IMG/VR virus record: IMGVR_UViG_3300032268_000832
Coordinates: 62,001-126,000 of that record
Length of the DNA stretch: 64,000 nt
Strand: one strand, 5' to 3'
In this document: in pieces, positions 19,728 to 28,455 of the stretch
Position numbering within the stretch: the first letter of the stretch is position 1
Layout of the letters: each line of letters starts with the position of its first letter
Made by a program: the position numbers and the translations under genes
The notes under the pieces: generated by a model
Databases searched by the model: none
The model's input: the letters and a program-made list of their open reading frames with translations, nothing else
What the model was told of the DNA's origin: nothing

Positions 19728-21753
19728 TAAATAATTTAATCCATTTATTTATTATTTCTTTGTTTGTTAAACTAGACACTTCATGGTCTGTATTTTCGTT
19801 ACCATAAAATACAGTATTTGTCATGAAACATTCGTCTTTAACTAAACAAGCAACTTCACTTTTAGACGAATGATATACACAACCAATCATGTCATACATA
19901 TCTTGCTTATTATTTAAGAACCCTTTTAAAATAACTTTATCACTCAATAATGGTTTTACCATATTCTCATAATAAACACCATAAGGTTCACCAAATAAAT
20001 AAACCTTATCACATCCGTCAGCTAATGCCCTTTCTATTGAAATATGGGTTTGTTTGTTATCATCAAATGAACCTATGATACCAGCAATTTTTTCTAAACC
20101 AGTTTTGTTTGATGGTTTTAATTCTGTTTTTAAATTAGGTATAATTTCATAAGCGTCATTATAACCACTATGATAATTTTTATGTTTTTCATTTAAAAAT
20201 ACAGCCACATCCCAAAATTTGTTTATATTAGAAACTTCATATAAGTTTTTTTCATGACAAGTAAGAATAACTATACCAGCATTAGGTCTTACTGGTGGTA
20301 CCATAAAATGCATTATCAACCTATCATTTTTATCAACAACAAAATTTTTACTGTCATATAATTCAGATTTACATTTATCTAAATGCCAAGTATGTGGTCC
20401 ATAAAATGTCGCATCATAACCAGATTCATTTAATAAATTTGTTAAATTTATTAACGCTTGTGTCGAACCGCCTTTATCTGACCAACCAGAAACTATTTTT
20501 ACTTTGTTACCGATTAATCTATTTTTTAATTTAAAAAAAGTTTGTTTTTTTAAATTATTAAAATTTTCATTACTTTTTAACGTTTCTATTAAATCGTCTT
20601 CAATTCCATATGTTTTAATTAAATTATCTTTTATAGAATCATTAATCGCTAAATATTTAAAAACATTTTTGTTTTTTATTGGTTCATCTGTGTTAAAATC
20701 GTTAGATGTGATTACGTTAACTACGTCAAAATCTGGGTACAAGTTAGTAAAATGTTCACTTATTTGTTTTTTAATTAGATATAAAAAATCAAAATTAACA
20801 TCTGCTATTTTATACAATGTTTTTTCCTTTGATACCATATCACCATTTTGAGTTTTAAGAACCCATTTCCCATCACCTAGCTTAAATGATGGTGGTTCTT
20901 CAAACGAATATAATTTAACCCCTAATTTTTTAAATTTATTAGCGTTGTTTATATTATAATTTGTTACTAGATGAATATCTGAATTATTTTTAAAACTTTT
21001 TATTATGTCAATAATATTTTTTTCATCATTTGGAGTCATGATAAAACCACTAACCATAATTTTAAGTCTCTGTCCTTGTCTAATAGTTTTTTTTATATTA
21101 GCTGGTAAATTATCTTTAAATTTTTCGGAGAAATTAACTCTGTTTTTTTCCCAAGCTTCGTTAGTCATCCCAATAGATTTGTGATTAACTCTTACTACAG
21201 TAGTAACACCAACCTTAACCCCTTCTATAAAGTTTTCAAACGCAAAAGTTACATCATAAAAATGAAACCCTTCTACATTTTCGTTAAATTGTTTTTTAAT
21301 TCTATTTTTATGTACTGCAAACCAAACACCATCAACAACAACAACTTCTTCTAAGTTTTGACCTAAATCATCACTATAAGTAGATAACCAAGTCTTTCCT
21401 TCGTGCGTGTGCGCGACTCTACCAAACATTTTAGACCTATTTTCCCACCATTGACCAGATACTGGCATGTTTTTACTACCAGCAACACCTATGATGCCAT
21501 ATTCTGGATTTTTACCAAACAATTTAACTAGTTTGTTACCCCATTGTTTAGTTTCCACCGTCAAATCGTCGTGACAGAATACTACTATATCGTATTTCGC
21601 TTGTTTTAAGCCACGATTATACGCGTGAGTTAATGATTCACCATTATTAATGATTTCTATCACCTCGACGTGTTTATGTAAGCCAGAAGACTTAATTAAG
21701 TGTTCTTTATGTTCTGGGTTTGTTTCTCTTGTACAATATACTATACTTACCAT
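19720..21753 (-). CDS. Multidomain glycosyltransferase (GT2-like plus GT-B-like domains)
   Basis: N-term YNRGL...VVFCHDD...VDGVW...FHFYD; C-term GWSDKGGSTQAL...SKSEVA GT-B pattern. Confidence 0.75.
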   Translation of the reverse strand: MVSIVYCTRETNPEHKEHLIKSSGLHKHVEVIEIINNGESLTHAYNRGLKQAKYDIVVFCHDDLTVETKQWGNKLVKLFGKNPEYGIIGVAGSKNMPVSGQWWENRSKMFGRVAHTHEGKTWLSTYSDDLGQNLEEVVVVDGVWFAVHKNRIKKQFNENVEGFHFYDVTFAFENFIEGVKVGVTTVVRVNHKSIGMTNEAWEKNRVNFSEKFKDNLPANIKKTIRQGQRLKIMVSGFIMTPNDEKNIIDIIKSFKNNSDIHLVTNYNINNANKFKKLGVKLYSFEEPPSFKLGDGKWVLKTQNGDMVSKEKTLYKIADVNFDFLYLIKKQISEHFTNLYPDFDVVNVITSNDFNTDEPIKNKNVFKYLAINDSIKDNLIKTYGIEDDLIETLKSNENFNNLKKQTFFKLKNRLIGNKVKIVSGWSDKGGSTQALINLTNLLNESGYDATFYGPHTWHLDKCKSELYDSKNFVVDKNDRLIMHFMVPPVRPNAGIVILTCHEKNLYEVSNINKFWDVAVFLNEKHKNYHSGYNDAYEIIPNLKTELKPSNKTGLEKIAGIIGSFDDNKQTHISIERALADGCDKVYLFGEPYGVYYENMVKPLLSDKVILKGFLNNKQDMYDMIGCVYHSSKSEVACLVKDECFMTNTVFYGNENTDHEVSSLTNKEIINKWIKLFND

Positions 21754-21756
21754 GTA

Positions 21757-22752
21757 TTATTTATTAAAACGATTATAAGCGTTGTCGCTTATTTTTATTG
21801 TATCAGCTTTCCCAATAAATTGAGCTAGGGTTTTAGTATTAGAATAACTCATCGCTGAACGAAGATAATCTTCAAAATTATTAACCCATTGTTTTAGGTT
21901 ATATTCAACCTTTCTAAATCTAACAACACCTTCAGACGTTGTTAATTCTTTTTTACCCCATTTTTTTTGAACTTCTTTGGTACTCATACCTCTGAATTTC
22001 TTATATACAGTAATTTTATTTTTATAACATAAATTAGCAATTCTTTGTGGTATCCATATTTTTTTGAACAAATAGTTTTCACCACAAGAATCGATAGCTT
22101 TGTTAAAAAGACTACCAACCATAACAAAGTTAGCACCTAACGCCAATGCTTTTATAACATCTGAATAATTTTGCATACCACCATCTGCTACAATATACGC
22201 TGCATCATCATATGTTTTAGCTATATCATAACATTCTTTAATCAAAGACGCCATAGGGTAACCAACACCAGTATGTACTGTTGTACTACAACCACCACCA
22301 TTTCCGATACCAATCCTAACAAAATCAGCGCCAGCTAAGGATAATTTTTCATAGGTTTTAGGGTTAGCAACATTACCAACCATTAAAATCAAATTAGGAT
22401 AATTCTCTTTTGTTTTTTTAACAGTTTCTAAAAGCTTACCCATATGACCATTTGCAATATCAATTAAATAAAAACCAGTTTGATTTAATTCTTTTTTATC
22501 AAACAATTCATCAAATTCAGATAATGAAAAAGACATAAAACCAGTTGTGTTTTTTTCACCTCTAGGTGAACATGTGATAATTTTTAACCCATCATATAGT
22601 TTTTCATTATTTTCATCGATAACAGAATCCATTGGTGCTGTTATTAGTGGTAAATAACCATTAATAAACGGTTCTACTTCTTTTCTACTATCTATTTTAG
22701 ATGTTATAGAAGGTTTGATTAAAATATCGTTAAAATCGAATTTTGTTGCCAT
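21757..22752 (-). CDS. guaC: GMP reductase-like (IMPDH/GMPR family, no CBS domains)
   Basis: FDFNDILIKP, APMDSV, DIANGH, GNVA, GIGNGGGCST, ADGG, FRGMS, SEG, LRSAMSY; no IMPDH RY flap dyad seen. Confidence 0.7.
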   Translation of the reverse strand: MATKFDFNDILIKPSITSKIDSRKEVEPFINGYLPLITAPMDSVIDENNEKLYDGLKIITCSPRGEKNTTGFMSFSLSEFDELFDKKELNQTGFYLIDIANGHMGKLLETVKKTKENYPNLILMVGNVANPKTYEKLSLAGADFVRIGIGNGGGCSTTVHTGVGYPMASLIKECYDIAKTYDDAAYIVADGGMQNYSDVIKALALGANFVMVGSLFNKAIDSCGENYLFKKIWIPQRIANLCYKNKITVYKKFRGMSTKEVQKKWGKKELTTSEGVVRFRKVEYNLKQWVNNFEDYLRSAMSYSNTKTLAQFIGKADTIKISDNAYNRFNK

Positions 22753-22753
22753 A

Positions 22754-23329
22754 TTATTTTATACCTGTACTACCAAAACCACCAGAATTTCTTTCAGTGT
22801 TTTCATTTATTTCTTTAACTGTATTTAAAGTTAACACATTTTTACCAATAACTGAAGCGATAACACCTTGTGCTATTCTATCTCCATTTTCAACATAAAA
22901 TTCATTTAAACCATGGTTGATTAGGATTACTTTAATTTCACCTCTGTAATCAGCATCTACAGTTCCTGGGGAATTCAAAACACAAACTTGATTCTTAGCA
23001 GCTAAACCACTTCTACTTCTAACTTGAATTTCAAACCCTTCTGGTAATTCAAAATATAAACCAGTTGGTATGATAGCGAAACCTCCTTGTGGTGACAACT
23101 TAATAGTTTCTGTTAAATTAGCTCTAAGGTCAAACCCAGAAGACCCAGATGTTGCATATTCTGGGTCTGGGTTTGTTGATTCGTTTTTAAAATTAACATT
23201 AAATTTAAAAGGGTTTTCATTTGTTAAATTTTTTTGAGAAAACTCTGAATTAAAATCTTCTTCAGTGTATGGGTCATTAGGGTCAATCATCCTAAGAACT
23301 TTTTCACGCATGTATTCTATATTAAACAT
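22754..23329 (-). CDS. dut: Trimeric dUTPase
   Basis: GFDL, RSGLA, GTVDADYRGE, RIAQ, RNSGGFGSTG; start moved to ATG 23329. Confidence 0.93.
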   Translation of the reverse strand: MFNIEYMREKVLRMIDPNDPYTEEDFNSEFSQKNLTNENPFKFNVNFKNESTNPDPEYATSGSSGFDLRANLTETIKLSPQGGFAIIPTGLYFELPEGFEIQVRSRSGLAAKNQVCVLNSPGTVDADYRGEIKVILINHGLNEFYVENGDRIAQGVIASVIGKNVLTLNTVKEINENTERNSGGFGSTGIK

Positions 23330-23330
23330 A

Positions 23331-23891
23331 TTATTCAGATTTTTCGTGTTTAATTGCAAAAATGTTAGCCATTTTTAATAATTCACCAAGAGTGGTGTTA
23401 TGATATTGTGCCATTTGGTCATCAGTTTTATCAAACATTAAAATAGCAGCGTATTCTTCATCTGTAAACTTAACACCGTTAGATAACGCATAGTAAATAC
23501 TTCTTTCACTAACACGCATTGAAACTAAGTTATTATTAAAGTCATACATTTTACCTTGGTTTTTTCGGTGCCATTCTGAATCACATGGTACGTATAAATT
23601 TGCCTTACCAATTTGGTGAAGTAAACAAATTTTAAGTAATGATGCTTGGTTTACTTGTTTATCCTCAGGTAACGCATTATTAAAACGGACAGCGTAAAAC
23701 GCGACTCTAAGTAAATGGTCAACAAGACCACCTTCAAAGGCATTATGTAAGCTGTCCATTGTAGATGCTGGGGCTTTTATGAAAGATTCACCCAAAAATT
23801 TCATGAGTTCATCTGTCATGAACTCATACTTTGTTGCTGTTTCAAAATATTTTTTAGTATTAGAAACAATTTTTTCTTGTGTTAAAGACAT
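23331..23891 (-). CDS. HD-superfamily (YhaM-like) protein with HD changed to HQ
   Basis: APAS...HNAFEGGLVDHLLRV...LLHQIGK. Confidence 0.7.
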   Translation of the reverse strand: MSLTQEKIVSNTKKYFETATKYEFMTDELMKFLGESFIKAPASTMDSLHNAFEGGLVDHLLRVAFYAVRFNNALPEDKQVNQASLLKICLLHQIGKANLYVPCDSEWHRKNQGKMYDFNNNLVSMRVSERSIYYALSNGVKFTDEEYAAILMFDKTDDQMAQYHNTTLGELLKMANIFAIKHEKSE

Positions 23892-23925
23892 TGATTTTAT
23901 ATTAAATAATTGTTATTCGTTTTTA

Positions 23926-23956
23926 CAAATATACGCATAAAAAACATAAAAATCAA
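23926..23956 (-). promoter_or_regulatory. Bacteroidota sigmaA-type promoter TTG-N20-TATATTTG
   Basis: Consensus match upstream of HD-dut-guaC-GT operon. Confidence 0.65.
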
Positions 23957-23981
23957 TGTTTTTTTTAAAATATTTATTTAA

Positions 23982-24344
23982 TTAAGACCTTGTCATACCA
24001 GATGTGACAGTATCCCCATCCTCTTCTAATTTATCTTGTTTTAATGTTTTTTGGATAAAAGATTCTCTTAGTTCTTCAATTTCTTTTTTATAGTCTTTAG
24101 CTTGAGTATTTAAAGCGTGCTTAACAACAGCGTTTTCATGACCTTTGATTTCAATTTTATCCATAATATTTTTAATTCTGGATGGGTCAAAAGAACCAAA
24201 GTTTGTTGTTTTTTGTTTTGGCTCTTCAAACAATAAAGGTCTATTTGATTTTACTTCTGAAATTTTAATATCTTCTTTTTCCTCATCTTTTAACATTTCA
24301 ATCATGAAATTTAAAAGCATTTTTACATCATCTTTTCTAGACAT
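23982..24344 (-). CDS. Hypothetical protein
   Basis: 120 aa ORF. Confidence 0.55.
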   Translation of the reverse strand: MSRKDDVKMLLNFMIEMLKDEEKEDIKISEVKSNRPLLFEEPKQKTTNFGSFDPSRIKNIMDKIEIKGHENAVVKHALNTQAKDYKKEIEELRESFIQKTLKQDKLEEDGDTVTSGMTRS

Positions 24345-25582
24345 AGTTCTGATTTTTTATTTTTTGTTAATTGTAAATATAATTCTCTTCTTTGTCCAGT
24401 AACACTTTCCATTGAATAAACATCTTTTACAGTATTGTATAAGTTTTCTTGTAAAACAGAAATCATATCTGGGTTTTGAATAAGTTTTTTAAGTGAAGAA
24501 TACCAGTCTTTGTGGTTTTTTCTAGTTTCAATAAGAATACCGTTGGCTGTTTTATCAAATTCACCACCAAACTTAATCGCGTTGGTTAAATCTAATTTAT
24601 AAGGTCCAAAATCTTGTGCAATAATTGCTTTATGGTGAAAACCAGCTTCAATTACTTTTAATTGACTTTTAACTTTATTAAAAACATTTTCTTCTAATGG
24701 TGCCAAAGAAATATCAAACAAATTATAGTTTGAAGCGTAAGTTGAAATTGGTTTTGTCCAAACTCTTCTATATGGTTCGTTAGCGATATTTGGGAATTCA
24801 TCCTGTGTAAATCTCATTAAAAAGTTTTTATATTCTGGACTAACAATATTGTAATTATCAGTAAAGATTTTTTCATAACGATACCAAACGCTTTCCATAG
24901 GTGTTATTGCTCTAACTTTTTGTTCACCAGTATTTGTGTCAATATCAGTATGTGTACCTCTAGTATCAAAACCACACAATACAAATTGTACTTTATCGAT
25001 AAGGTTATCACTTTTTAATTTTGAAACAACACCACTAAGAATTTCTAAATCTTTTAAGTGAGAAGAACCACCTAACCATCCAATTCTAATTCTATCAGAT
25101 TTTTCTAAATTGGGTGTAAATTGTTTTTCTTTTGGGTCAACAGCGTTAGGGATTACAAATACATTTTTATTGTATTTTTTAATCTCATCAGCAAATAACG
25201 GTGTTGTTGTCGTTACATTTCTAGCAACTTTAATATTATCTAATATTTTTTTATCTAGACCAGCTGATTTAATAATATGATAAGCTGGGTGGTGAGTACC
25301 TGGAGCCCAATAATCATCCAAATCCATAATACTAATAATCCCTAGACTATCTAATTTATCTAACAATTGAGGCATTGTTTCATAAGACCCTAATGTTCTA
25401 TGGTAATGAATAACATCATATTGTTTTAACCATTCATCATCATTTAATTGTGGTTCATAATCGATATCGATTGAAAATTCATCTGAATATAATGTTTCTA
25501 ATGCGATGTGTGGATTTGTAGAACGAAAATAACCAACCCCAGTTCTATCTGAGGGTACTACTAAAACTTTAATTTTTTTCAT
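24323..25582 (-). CDS. GT-B glycosyltransferase (GT4-like)
   Basis: GVGYFR, DLDDYW, IPNAVD, IGWLGGSSH..DL, DISLAPL..N.FN..KS.LKVIEAG. Confidence 0.85.
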   Translation of the reverse strand: MKKIKVLVVPSDRTGVGYFRSTNPHIALETLYSDEFSIDIDYEPQLNDDEWLKQYDVIHYHRTLGSYETMPQLLDKLDSLGIISIMDLDDYWAPGTHHPAYHIIKSAGLDKKILDNIKVARNVTTTTPLFADEIKKYNKNVFVIPNAVDPKEKQFTPNLEKSDRIRIGWLGGSSHLKDLEILSGVVSKLKSDNLIDKVQFVLCGFDTRGTHTDIDTNTGEQKVRAITPMESVWYRYEKIFTDNYNIVSPEYKNFLMRFTQDEFPNIANEPYRRVWTKPISTYASNYNLFDISLAPLEENVFNKVKSQLKVIEAGFHHKAIIAQDFGPYKLDLTNAIKFGGEFDKTANGILIETRKNHKDWYSSLKKLIQNPDMISVLQENLYNTVKDVYSMESVTGQRRELYLQLTKNKKSELCLEKMM

Positions 25583-25612
25583 AAAAATATTTTAAAACTT
25601 TTTTATTAATTT

Positions 25613-25643
25613 TAAATATATTAAAGTTAAAATAATAGTAAAT
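25613..25643 (-). promoter_or_regulatory. Putative TTTAC-N18-TATATTTA promoter
   Basis: Directly after terminator, upstream of GT4 at 25582. Confidence 0.45.
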
Positions 25644-25644
25644 A

Positions 25645-25672
25645 AAAAAGGGGTAAAATACCCCTTTTTTTT
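25645..25672 (-). terminator. Intrinsic terminator
   Basis: aaaaaggggta-aaa-taccccttttt hairpin with A/T tracts on both sides. Confidence 0.75.
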
Positions 25673-26282
25673 AATTTTTTCTTTTTGTTTGTATTTTACC
25701 TTCTTTAATTAAAGTGTTTATGGTTTTTTTAATAGTTTCTTCTGTAACTGTTTTATCATAAACTTGTTTAAAAAATCGGTTAATCGATTCGTCAATCATA
25801 TTTTGTAAATCAACTCTACTAATTGTTATCATTTCAGAATTTTCACTTTCTCTTAAAACTTTTCTTTGTCCAATTTCATTAGGTTTTCTAATAGTAGCAC
25901 CTGTTAATTTAGCTATTGCTTCCGCGCTAACTTTTGAAGGTGGTCCACTAAGTCTAGGGATTGGGTTTTTTAACATAGCTTCTTTTACAATTGGTGGTAA
26001 ATTAGATGCCATGATTTGTTCTGCTGTATAATTATTATTTGAGATAACACTATTGGTATTAGTTTGATGATTTTCATACAACGGTTCTTTTTCATCAGAT
26101 TCATTATATATTGGGCTATCATCAAACATAGATTGATTATAAGATTCTCTAGGGTCAAAATCCCTACCTTTAGTCGCTTTCTTTTCAGGTTCTCTGGATT
26201 CAACGACATTCATCACTTGTTTAGCTTTATTTAATATACCAAGTCTTTCTAATGCACTTACGTCAACTGGTTTTGGGTCCAT
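25671..26282 (-). CDS. Hypothetical late protein
   Basis: 203 aa; last gene of late operon; LRE/IDE motifs. Confidence 0.6.
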   Translation of the reverse strand: MDPKPVDVSALERLGILNKAKQVMNVVESREPEKKATKGRDFDPRESYNQSMFDDSPIYNESDEKEPLYENHQTNTNSVISNNNYTAEQIMASNLPPIVKEAMLKNPIPRLSGPPSKVSAEAIAKLTGATIRKPNEIGQRKVLRESENSEMITISRVDLQNMIDESINRFFKQVYDKTVTEETIKKTINTLIKEGKIQTKRKN

Positions 26283-26285
26283 ATT

Positions 26286-26987
26286 TTATTTATTTAATTC
26301 TAAATTATTTTCATCATCTTCTTCTGGTTCAACTATTGGTTCAACTGGTTTAGGAACTGGTTTAGGTACAACTCTTTTCATTGGTCTAACCACTGGTTTA
26401 GGTTGTTTGGCTGGTTTAGTTTCTGGACCCACTTGTGGTTTTGCAGTTTGAGATTGTGTAACAGGTGTACCAACTTTTGGAAATAAACTTTGTTGTGTTT
26501 TTTCCATTTTTTTGGTAGTACTTGGTGAATACACGTAATCAAATTGTGCTATAGTTGGTGTTGAAGCAACTGAACTTGAGCGATTACCATCTTTATTAAA
26601 TTTAAATTTAGGTTGATAAAAAGGAACTTTAGTTATTTTTAAATTCGACATTTTAGCTAAATTAAATTTTTTCCAACCTTCAAAACTTTCAATATTACCA
26701 GTTCTTGGGTTGACACCTCTTTCCATCCCATCTCTACTTATTTGATAAGCATCGATTAAGTCATTAGCTATGGGTTTTTTTGTTGAAATGTTTCTTTGAT
26801 GTATTTGAACGAATCTGTTTGATGTGTTACCGTAATCATCAGTATAATCAAATGAAACATGATAAAACTTACCATTATCACCAGCCAATATTTTTTCAAT
26901 ATCACTAACAGGAACCGCTTCTAAAAGCTGAACCGCATTAAAAATTTCTTCTAATATAATGTTTTGATAAATATTGTAAAGTTTCAT
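26286..26987 (-). CDS. WYL-like domain protein with N-terminal leader and Pro-rich tail
   Basis: VSFDY....SNRFVQ...LIDAYQ...GWKKFNLAKMSNLKIT follows the WYL fold pattern. Confidence 0.5.
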   Translation of the reverse strand: MKLYNIYQNIILEEIFNAVQLLEAVPVSDIEKILAGDNGKFYHVSFDYTDDYGNTSNRFVQIHQRNISTKKPIANDLIDAYQISRDGMERGVNPRTGNIESFEGWKKFNLAKMSNLKITKVPFYQPKFKFNKDGNRSSSVASTPTIAQFDYVYSPSTTKKMEKTQQSLFPKVGTPVTQSQTAKPQVGPETKPAKQPKPVVRPMKRVVPKPVPKPVEPIVEPEEDDENNLELNK

Positions 26988-26999
26988 GTTTTATTTTTT

Positions 27000-27458
27000 T
27001 TAGATGATTACTTGTCCTACGTTTAACGCCGTGTTAGGTGTTACATAGTTTGAACCAGCAATTTGTGTTGGCCCGTAACCCCAAGTACCTGCATTTAAAG
27101 TAACTTGTGGGTTACGTCCAGAACCGATGATAGCTGTTGCGCCATTTATATCTTCAACGTTACCACCGTTATAATTAAAAATAGCACCATAAACACCATT
27201 ACTAACACCATCACCAGTACCTCTACCATTGTAAGGTGATAAAGTATCAGAAACAGCATTTGTGTGACTTAAACCGTATTGGTCATTGATGTCACCAGTT
27301 ATTTGTGGGTTTTTATAAGGTCCTTGAAACGCGTATTTTGTCGTACCAATTCTAGATTGTTGGATTATTGAAAGACGACCCGAACCTGGGTATAACGGAT
27401 TACCGTTTATCGCGTAATATTCTAATGGTGACTGAGCACCGTTATAAATTTGTGGCAT
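27000..27458 (-). CDS. Gly/Asn/Tyr-rich putative virion protein
   Basis: 152 aa, few charged residues, late operon. Confidence 0.55.
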   Translation of the reverse strand: MPQIYNGAQSPLEYYAINGNPLYPGSGRLSIIQQSRIGTTKYAFQGPYKNPQITGDINDQYGLSHTNAVSDTLSPYNGRGTGDGVSNGVYGAIFNYNGGNVEDINGATAIIGSGRNPQVTLNAGTWGYGPTQIAGSNYVTPNTALNVGQVII

Positions 27459-27462
27459 AACT

Positions 27463-27894
27463 TTATATTATTTTATTTATGTTATTGTTATTCATGTATT
27501 CTATTAAATATTTGATATTTGAAATTTCTTCGGTTAAGGCTTGACTATTCGAAAGAATTTTTTTTGTTTCCCCACCAGAGTGGTCAGCTTTTTTAGTAAC
27601 TTTAGCTATACTAACTTCAGTACCGTTTTTTTCATCTTGATATGTATTGTTAGGGTCTGTAGTATTTGTTATTTTTTTAGATAATTTATCTTTTTTTCTT
27701 TCAGCTTGTACTAACCTTTCAATTTCAACATATCTATTTTGCCCACCTAAATTATTATATTCAAAACAGTTTCCGTTTCCTTCACAAACTTTTTTAGCAT
27801 TCTTTAACCTAGAAAATTCCATAGCATATGCTTGATGAGCTTTTGTTTCACCATTTTTACTATTAATTTGCTTATCGGCTATATTACTATTCAT
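27463..27894 (-). CDS. Hypothetical late protein
   Basis: 143 aa; C-terminal LTEEISNIKYLIEYM helix. Confidence 0.55.
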   Translation of the reverse strand: MNSNIADKQINSKNGETKAHQAYAMEFSRLKNAKKVCEGNGNCFEYNNLGGQNRYVEIERLVQAERKKDKLSKKITNTTDPNNTYQDEKNGTEVSIAKVTKKADHSGGETKKILSNSQALTEEISNIKYLIEYMNNNNINKII

Positions 27895-28394
27895 TATATA
27901 TTTTTATTTTTAGGTTTATTTTTTTTAGCTTCTATAGCTTTTTTTAATTCATCTAATTGTTCATCTGATAAATTACTATCTTCTATTGAGTCAACAAGTT
28001 TAGCTACTTTAGGATTATAGTTTTTATCGGTAACGTCATTTGTTAACTTTTTTTTAACCAAATCCTCAATAATTTCATCTAAGTCTTTTTTAGATAGAAT
28101 TTTTTTATCTTCACTTAATTTACTAATTTGACCATAGTACATAGGTAAACCACCTGTAGTTGAACCACCAAAGCTATAAACAGCAAACCATGGTATGTTT
28201 TGTCTATATCTAGAAAAAACTTTATCTGTTGTTGTTGACTTACCTTTTTGATAATCTGAATAATCGTTAAAGGGTTTATCAACTGGTCCAGTCTCTATTT
28301 CTTTGTCTTTTACTTGGTTTCTATCACCACCATCTGAAAATATATCACCACCAACTAGTTCGTCCAATTGTTTTTTATTCATAAATCTACTCAT
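27894..28394 (-). CDS. Hypothetical late protein
   Basis: 166 aa; repeated KK.LDE motif; first gene after late motif. Confidence 0.6.
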   Translation of the reverse strand: MSRFMNKKQLDELVGGDIFSDGGDRNQVKDKEIETGPVDKPFNDYSDYQKGKSTTTDKVFSRYRQNIPWFAVYSFGGSTTGGLPMYYGQISKLSEDKKILSKKDLDEIIEDLVKKKLTNDVTDKNYNPKVAKLVDSIEDSNLSDEQLDELKKAIEAKKNKPKNKNI

Positions 28395-28408
28395 AATTTA
28401 TCTTTTCA

Positions 28409-28440
28409 TATAAATATATTGAAAACATAGAATATTTATA
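28409..28440. promoter_or_regulatory. Back-to-back divergent late promoters
   Basis: TATAAATAT 28409-28417 and ATATTTATA 28432-28440 at the strand switch. Confidence 0.7.
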
Positions 28441-28455
28441 ATAAAACATATAAAT

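Noticed and set aside
4778-25582. GT island as T4-style DNA glucosylation or O-antigen conversion
   Set aside because: Downgraded, not excluded: no hydroxymethylase or membrane Gtr components in the window, and apparent GATC avoidance argues against shielded DNA
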